From positions 7,936,001 to 8,000,000 of the forward strand of contig CM120646.1 of the NCBI GenBank assembly GCA_051362555.1: a stretch of 64,000 nucleotides of DNA, read 5' to 3'. The stretch is from Lingula anatina. Lineage: Eukaryota; Animalia; Brachiopoda. The notes below the pieces were generated by a model. It searched no databases and was not told the DNA's origin. It saw nothing but the letters and a program-made list of their open reading frames with translations. This document shows positions 57,316 through 64,000 of the stretch, one piece after another. Position 1 is the stretch's first letter; the number at the start of each line of letters is the position of its first letter. Both the position numbers and the translations under genes were made by a program.

Positions 57316-60300
57316 TTAGATTAGAGTCATGCAGTGAGCAACATACTGTATCACCGAAGTTTTTCATTGTTCTTAACCGAAAGTCTTCGATCAACTATAT
57401 AATATTGTAAAAGAAAATAAAAATCAGACTAATAGATCTTGACACATAGGCCTATCTTTTTCGGCAGTATTTTTATTTTCAGTATTGGCATGTTGCCCTA
57501 TCACATTATATTTATAATTTGCGTTCTTAGTAGGCCTATGTTATTTTTGTCAAGACATGAGCTGACTACTTTACATGTTTATTTTATATTACCAATGCAA
57601 AAAAGAGGGGATTAAAGAAATTAAGATAGTATTTTTTTAAACAGTATAGATAAAAAGGTCCCAGGGTGCCTCATCACTCATTTTTGTGCATTATTCCGCT
57701 ATGTGACTGTAGTTTTGATTTTATTAAAATTAGCATGTCTGATTATTTTTTATGAAAGTACACAATTCTGCCCTGCTTTTTCGTAACAAACATTTTATAA
57801 AAGGTTTTGCAAACATCATCAATTCAGCAAACAGCATTTATACAAATTACTTTTATGACATCAGATGAAGTGGAGTGGTGCCACGATCTAAGGTGGCCAA
57901 TATAGATCTTACAATAGCTCTTTCGCAACAATGACACTTGATTGACACTCAGTGGGGCGGGAAACGGAGGTAAACAAGGATTGCCTATTTCTAAGTTTGT
58001 TTTTGACAGATTGCCAAAACTTTTAATCAGTTTCCACGTAAGGAAAAAATCAGCACAATGCATTGCATAGGTAAGTGGGGGATTTTAGCCCGCAATGGCC
58101 CCCCAAAAAAGGACCCCATCCCAATTACGTTTATTTTAGGGGCTGTCAAATTATCGTTGACACGTCTCATACCTGCAAAGAGATGGTGATGTAGAATTTA
58201 GATTAGAAAACAAGGTGTCTCCGCCTGAATTTTAGAAATATGGATATTATTTGCGTCTTCCTTAATTTGTTCTTTTCCTCTTTATTAGAATTACATTATA
58301 TCACAAAATAAAGGTCTTGCATACTAGTTGAAACTGAAAAGGTAAAGCATTTCATCGGGCCTAAACAAGCTTTTAGAGTCTACTTGATTCACTGTTAAAT
58401 GGAATTGAAATTCACCAGTGCCATATCACACAGATAAGAGGATAAACCGTCTATACATGTGCATGTACCCGTAGAGCCACCGTATGACTTATGACGATGG
58501 AAAATTCCAGAATAAAAACTTAACGAGAAATTTCAGTTTAATAATCCGGTTGCAGTCACTGTGCAAAATATCATTTTCACTCGAGTTTTTCAATATTACA
58601 TGTGGGACAGGTTACTAAAATGAAAATTGGATCCACGATATAGAATTTCTGAACAAAAAAAATCTGACAAATAGATCTTGAACCTTTGATAAATTTTGCC
58701 AATCTTTTTTTATTATTATTATTATTTTTATTATCGGTATGCGTGTTGTCCTATCAATTATCACTATTTACGTACACAGTGAAGATTCCAAGAAATGAGT
58801 TTCCCTCTTTACCTGTTTTGTCAAATGTCTACTTTATTGACTATAAATCTCAGATTTAAGGGATGTTTGATTTATTTTAGATTTATCTAAAGAGGAATAA
58901 ATGTTCAAATGCACTAAAACAGTAATTTTTTTGTTATATTACCACTGCAATAAAAAGAGGAAGAGAAAGAAATTACGATAGACTATGTATGTAAAAACAG
59001 TTTAGATATTAAAAGGTCCCAGAGTGCCTCATCACTTAGTCTTGTGCATTATTCACACTAAGTGGCTTTTAAATTAACATGTCTTTTAAAATATTTTCTT
59101 TAAGAAAATGCACATATCTGCTCTGCATTTTCGAAACAAATGTTTATTAAAATATTTCACAAATTTTTTATACAAATTACTTTTATGACATCAAATCAAA
59201 TGATGCAAGTAGAGTGGTGCCACGATCAAAGGTACACTAATATAGACCTTACAATAGCTATTTGGCAACAATGATACTTGTTTTTAACCTCAGTGGCGCG
59301 GAAAACGAAAGGTAAACATGCCTCAAATATTTTCAAGTAAGTTATTTACAGGTTGCCAAAGGTTCTTTGCAGCCTGCATAAAAGAAAAAAGTCAGCAAAA
59401 TGTGTTGCATATAAGTTATTGGGGGATTTTAGCCCGCAATGGCCAAATAAAGGACCCCAGCATAGATACGTTTATTTAAGGGACTGTCAAATTCCCGATG
59501 ACGTCTCACACCCTCAGTTACATATTGTCGCTGTCTGCCAACCAGGCAAGTCGTATTTTATATAACGACTTAACATACTTACACAGAAGTAGCAAGGACA
59601 GAGAGGTTAGTGCGGTATACAACGTTTATGTCAATATGTTATCCTTAACTGAGAGGAACAAGCGTTAAATAGATTCAATAGGTCTTGTATCGGTTGTAAC
59701 GTACCCCCTGGTCGATAACTCTTTGATTTGAGTTCTAACATAAATATCCGGTTTTGATTAAGTGCAAATATTGTCCTCTCTCCTTAATCAATGTGCAGTT
59801 TCTTTATGCGTTTAAATGACCTCAAACACCTGTTAATTGTTGAAAGTCCGTAGGCTGTGTTCAGATAAACACCTATCGGTCCAGCAGGATCTATCTATCT
59901 CAGCGGGGATTCTCGCTAGGGCGCAGTCAATGTAATCAGTTTCATTATTGTCAGACAATTGTATGCAGCTATCACCAGGAAAAAATGGGATAGAAAAATC
60001 GGGTATTATACATGTCATAGATGTTACTTGACGATAAAATTAAAAGGAAAAATCGCTTCTACGGTATCTCTGGAAAAACTCCTTTATGACGAACGACCTT
60101 AGGTTTTCGGTTATTTTTATTGAGAGTACAATTCCATCCAAGCCAATCCCAGTAGTTGGAATAAATATATTTATTAAATCGGTTCTGAATATCGACACAA
60201 TATCAATTTTCGTACCCTTTCCCTTTGGGAATGGTATTTAAAACCACCACTAGAGGGACGCTTAAGGCGCAGGCCCCCGATTGGTCAGCCAGCTCACGTG

Positions 60301-60834
60301 GTGAATTCAAAATAATTGGCAGTTAGAGCCTGGCAGCCGTTAAAGCTGGACAGCGTGTTAGGGCGCTCGAGCCCATTTTGCTTCAATTAAAATCGGCTTA
60401 AGCATAAGCGTCGAAGATTTTCCCACCCTCCCGTCCCTCATATGGGCAGAAGGGGCTTCTTACATTTGCATTACACATTTTGCGTACATGATCTTCATTT
60501 AGTCTCTAAACATTTGCGCTTAGTAAATGGGAATTTTGAACAGCTGCAATTAGTTATATTGCTACCTGTATCTAAGTGTTGCAATTCATTAACATACGGG
60601 TTGATGTACTTTGTTGAAGTAGTTAACGTTTATTGTAGTTATGTAATTTATGTAAACTTTTATGTAGTTTTAATAAATTTTTCAAGCCCGATAGTGGTTC
60701 TGGTTTTAAGTAATCTTTGTGTGAAGAACCGACTCACCGTTCTGTGCTGAATCATTCCCATGCTGTATCAATGCAGCGATATATATCGTTTTTCAACCTT
60801 ATCAGTGGGAGGTTATCAAAACAGATAAAACTAA

Positions 60835-61050
60835 GACTGGGTTTCCATGCCTAGATCGATCCATCTGGATCGATCTATCTCCCTGGGGAGTCTCACTAAG
60901 TTGCTGTCAACTAACGGGATTAAATGTCTGTCACGCCTACCGAATAAGCTAGGGGATAAAGATAATTACCCTCTAACAGCTTAATAGGCGCGACAGACAT
61001 TTAAGCCGGTCAAGTTGACAACAATTTAGCAAGACTCCCCAGGGAGACAG
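60835..61050. mobile_element. Foldback MITE (hairpin 60878-61047), same family as 57100-57315
   Basis: tctccctggggagtct..gtcaact..ttaaatgtctgtc.cgccta is mirrored by taggcgcgacagacatttaa..agttgac..agactccccagggaga. Confidence 0.75.
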
Positions 61051-61249
61051 GTCATTTTGGTAGGCCCCTGACTGATGACGTCACTGATGTGAAAAGCTAT
61101 TGTCGTAGTACAAAAAAATAAGTGTACATATTAGGCCCTATTCATGTAACACTGGGCTGCACGTAATGTTATTGCTTTTCAAACAAAATACAATAGGTGA
61201 TTTATATTAAGAGTGAAACCAAACAATATTCAACAGTAAGATAACAATA

Positions 61250-61471
<222 letters not shown>

Positions 61472-62370
61472 AACAGTTATGTCAATTCTATATGACCGCC
61501 AGTGTCTGTTTATGTACAATATTGATAATAAATTTGGGGACAGCAGTGTGTGGGATGGGAATAGGCATTATGAAAATTTCACACTTTTCGTCTAATATAT
61601 ATAACATTACAAAACCTGTATTCTCACTACAATACATGAAAGCAGGTTAGTACTTCCGCTACCGCCTGTGGTACTCATCTAGACGCTGACTGATTCTAAA
61701 TAAAATGAATCCCTATGGGTAAGGGGATGGGAAAAATCGTTAAATTTTAAAAGCTTTGTTTTTAAGTCTTTGCCCCTTCTCCCTCGACCCACGCACCCTA
61801 CGACTTTGACATATTTTTATGGGATATATAATTGGCCTAAATGAAAACTTGCCTTGTATAGTTTAAAGTGTTAAATATTGCGGCGTAAGGTATTCATTGA
61901 TATACTTAAATACTAAAATACGATTGGTGTGTCTTAAAATTGTGGAATGTAGACAAAAATTATCTTATCAGCATCAATTGACTTGCAAAAGAAAAAGTAA
62001 AACATTTATATTTCTGATTTCAATATTGGAATATTCAGGCACAATACAATTTCAATGAGTGATATGCGTTTTTATACATTTTGGATAACATTTTAATGGT
62101 TGTAATTCACAGTAAAGCAACTGATTATTCATACCCGCAGAGGATATATCTAACAAACCATTCTGAACAAGATAAAATAAGTATTTTGTCATTTATTGAA
62201 CATTTCATCGGTAAGGACTTAGGTCTCTGTTCAGTATTTAATACATGTCGATTGTCACCAGTGGGGCGTTACTTTTTCAAGCAAGACTATGAATAAGAAA
62301 ACGCAATCCTTTTGTATTGCTGCTATTTCGGGTAAATGGTTTTATGTTCAATTAATTTTGTTTTAGGAAA

Positions 62371-63874
62371 ATGGCAGCTGAAATCGTCCAGCTTAACGAC
62401 GACACGGAGGATTCCGATGCTGTGATGAAATTCCTTAATAAAAAAGACGGCGTGTCACGCTTTTTAGATGCTATGAAAAGACACTCACAGCGACAAGATG
62501 AAAAGATTGAGAGTCTTAAAAGACTCAGTCGTTCAAACGAAGAATATTTAGCAAAAAATGACAGCGAAATTAATGCGCTCAAACAGGAAATCGAACAAGA
62601 AACGGATCAAAAAGAAAATTATATGCAACAAGTACAGGAGGAAAAATCAAAATCTGAAGATCTTCGTGAAAAATTAATGGATGCCGAAAGTAAGAAATCA
62701 ACACTTGAGGCAACCACAGAGTCCCAGAGGAAAACTATTGAGAACTATAAAACAGAACTAACCGATTGTAAAAGGCAAATCAAGGAAAAGGAAACCGAGC
62801 TTCAACAACTAAATAATTCCCATCAAATAACAATAAAGACAAAAGAAGAAGAAAATGCGTCCATGTTGCAAGCTCTAGAGTCTTCAAGGAGAGATGTACA
62901 AACCACAACAGACGAGCTGGAAAAAGAGAAGAATGAAAACGCCGAACTGCGCTCAGGCCTTCGGCAGCGTGACTCCGACTTCTCTGCACTGAAGCAAAAT
63001 TGGGAACGGGAGGTTTGTGAGAAAGAGGTACTCGCTGCGTCTCTCAAAGATGTACAACTCACTTTAAAAGATCTTAAAATGAAAAACGAAGACGACATGC
63101 AAAGAAATGGATATGAGATGACGGCATTAAACGAAAAACTAGAGCGGACCACGAATGAAAGAGACGAATCTCTTGATAGGCAGAAGGAACTGAAAGAAAC
63201 CATGAAAAATCTGGATGAAACACTAACGAAAACCTCGACAGAGAAGGTTGGACTAGAAAATGCCCTTAAAACAGAGATAGAAGATAAAGCACGTCTTCGA
63301 GTGTGTCTTGAAGAGGAACGGAAAGACTTTGAGATCAAAATACAACGATCTAGAAACGAAGAGAACATTCTTTTGCAAAATTGCGAAAAACAAAAGAATG
63401 ACATCAGCGCTCTTCAAAAGAAATTGGACGATGCAAAATCTGAAAAAGAGAAACTTTCTAAAGAACTTTGTTTGACGAAAGAAAGTCATTCCATCGCCAT
63501 GAAAGAAGAGCGGGACGCAACGGCTGCGAAATTACAAGAACTACAAAAAAAGAGCGAAGAGGAAAAAAGAGACGCCGAAGCAAGAATGCAATGCAAAATC
63601 GTTGACCTGGAATACCGTAATGCGGAGCTCGATGATTCTCTGAGTCGCGAACAGGCAAGGGTCAAGAAGAGAGATGAGACACTGTCCACAGCGGAAAAAG
63701 CCGTTCGAGAATGTATACAGCTGTCCGAGCAAGGCATAAAGGAGAGGAAGGAGAGGAAGGAGGTGCTGATAAAGATCAAGGACAAAATGGAGTTGTATAC
63801 AAAACGGGCATATGCAGATCAAGCGGGCAGTAGCAGCAAGCGATTTAGTTTACTGGAACAGCCAATCAGAAAAG
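62371..63874 (+). CDS. Third, divergent coiled-coil paralog (first coding exon); remaining exons are outside the window
   Basis: Same start context (ag|GAAAATGGC) and same phase-1 donor position (AAAG|gtaagg at 63874). ECIQLSEQGIKERKERKEVLIKIKDKME aligns with KCIKLANKGIESSKERKAILTDIKKILE of copy 2. Confidence 0.82.
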
Positions 63875-64000
63875 GTAAGGCATAATTATTTTAAAAACAT
63901 TCAACCTTGAATGAATGAAGTAAACGCAAATTACGATATATTAATAAATGAAGAATTAATATAAGTCAAAGCTGTTTACATTTATTACAAACGTGTCAGG

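Larger units (their letters stand above)
51649..60060 (+). repeat. Tandem segmental duplication, unit 2, with an extra internal copy of the 3' spacer (~58180-59510)
   Basis: 51649-58170 matches 43286-~50220; 58180-59510 again matches ~48880-50220; ~59650-60060 matches ~51080-51485. Confidence 0.88.

Noticed and set aside
62780-63822. Minus-strand ORFs over the third coiled-coil gene (also 55060-55485)
   Set aside because: Ser/Phe/Leu-rich antisense shadows of E/K-rich coding sequence.

Overview
AT-rich, intron-containing eukaryotic DNA, invertebrate-like and plausibly molluscan (taxon is an inference). All gene models were assembled by hand from GT/AG sites and codon phase. Left to right: (1) a minus-strand signal peptide-IgV-IgC2-stalk gene running off the left edge; (2) a nested pair of TIR DNA transposons just upstream of it, carrying a small spliced ORF; (3) a divergent zinc-finger locus. 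It has one minus-strand C2H2 gene and a plus-strand gene whose three common coding exons end in a phase-2 donor fitting two different phase-2 zinc-finger terminal exons, a lola/broad/mod(mdg4)-like layout with no visible BTB domain; (4) a Helentron-like non-autonomous element; (5) a 13-exon KAT7/HBO1 gene in which an 11-copy, 71-bp minisatellite repeats the end of exon 4 and its splice donor; (6) ABHD10 head-to-head with KAT7; (7) a ~8.4-kb tandem duplication giving a partial ABHD10 copy and two genes for a coiled-coil / C-terminal CARD-like protein with an N-terminal DSGxxxS degron-like motif, a C-terminal ETTL PDZ-ligand-like motif and kappaB/AP-1-like promoter sites; (8) a third, more divergent coiled-coil paralog at the right edge. 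The best candidates for undescribed biology are the swap-tail zinc-finger locus and the coiled-coil-CARD cluster. No database searches were run, so novelty is unverified.
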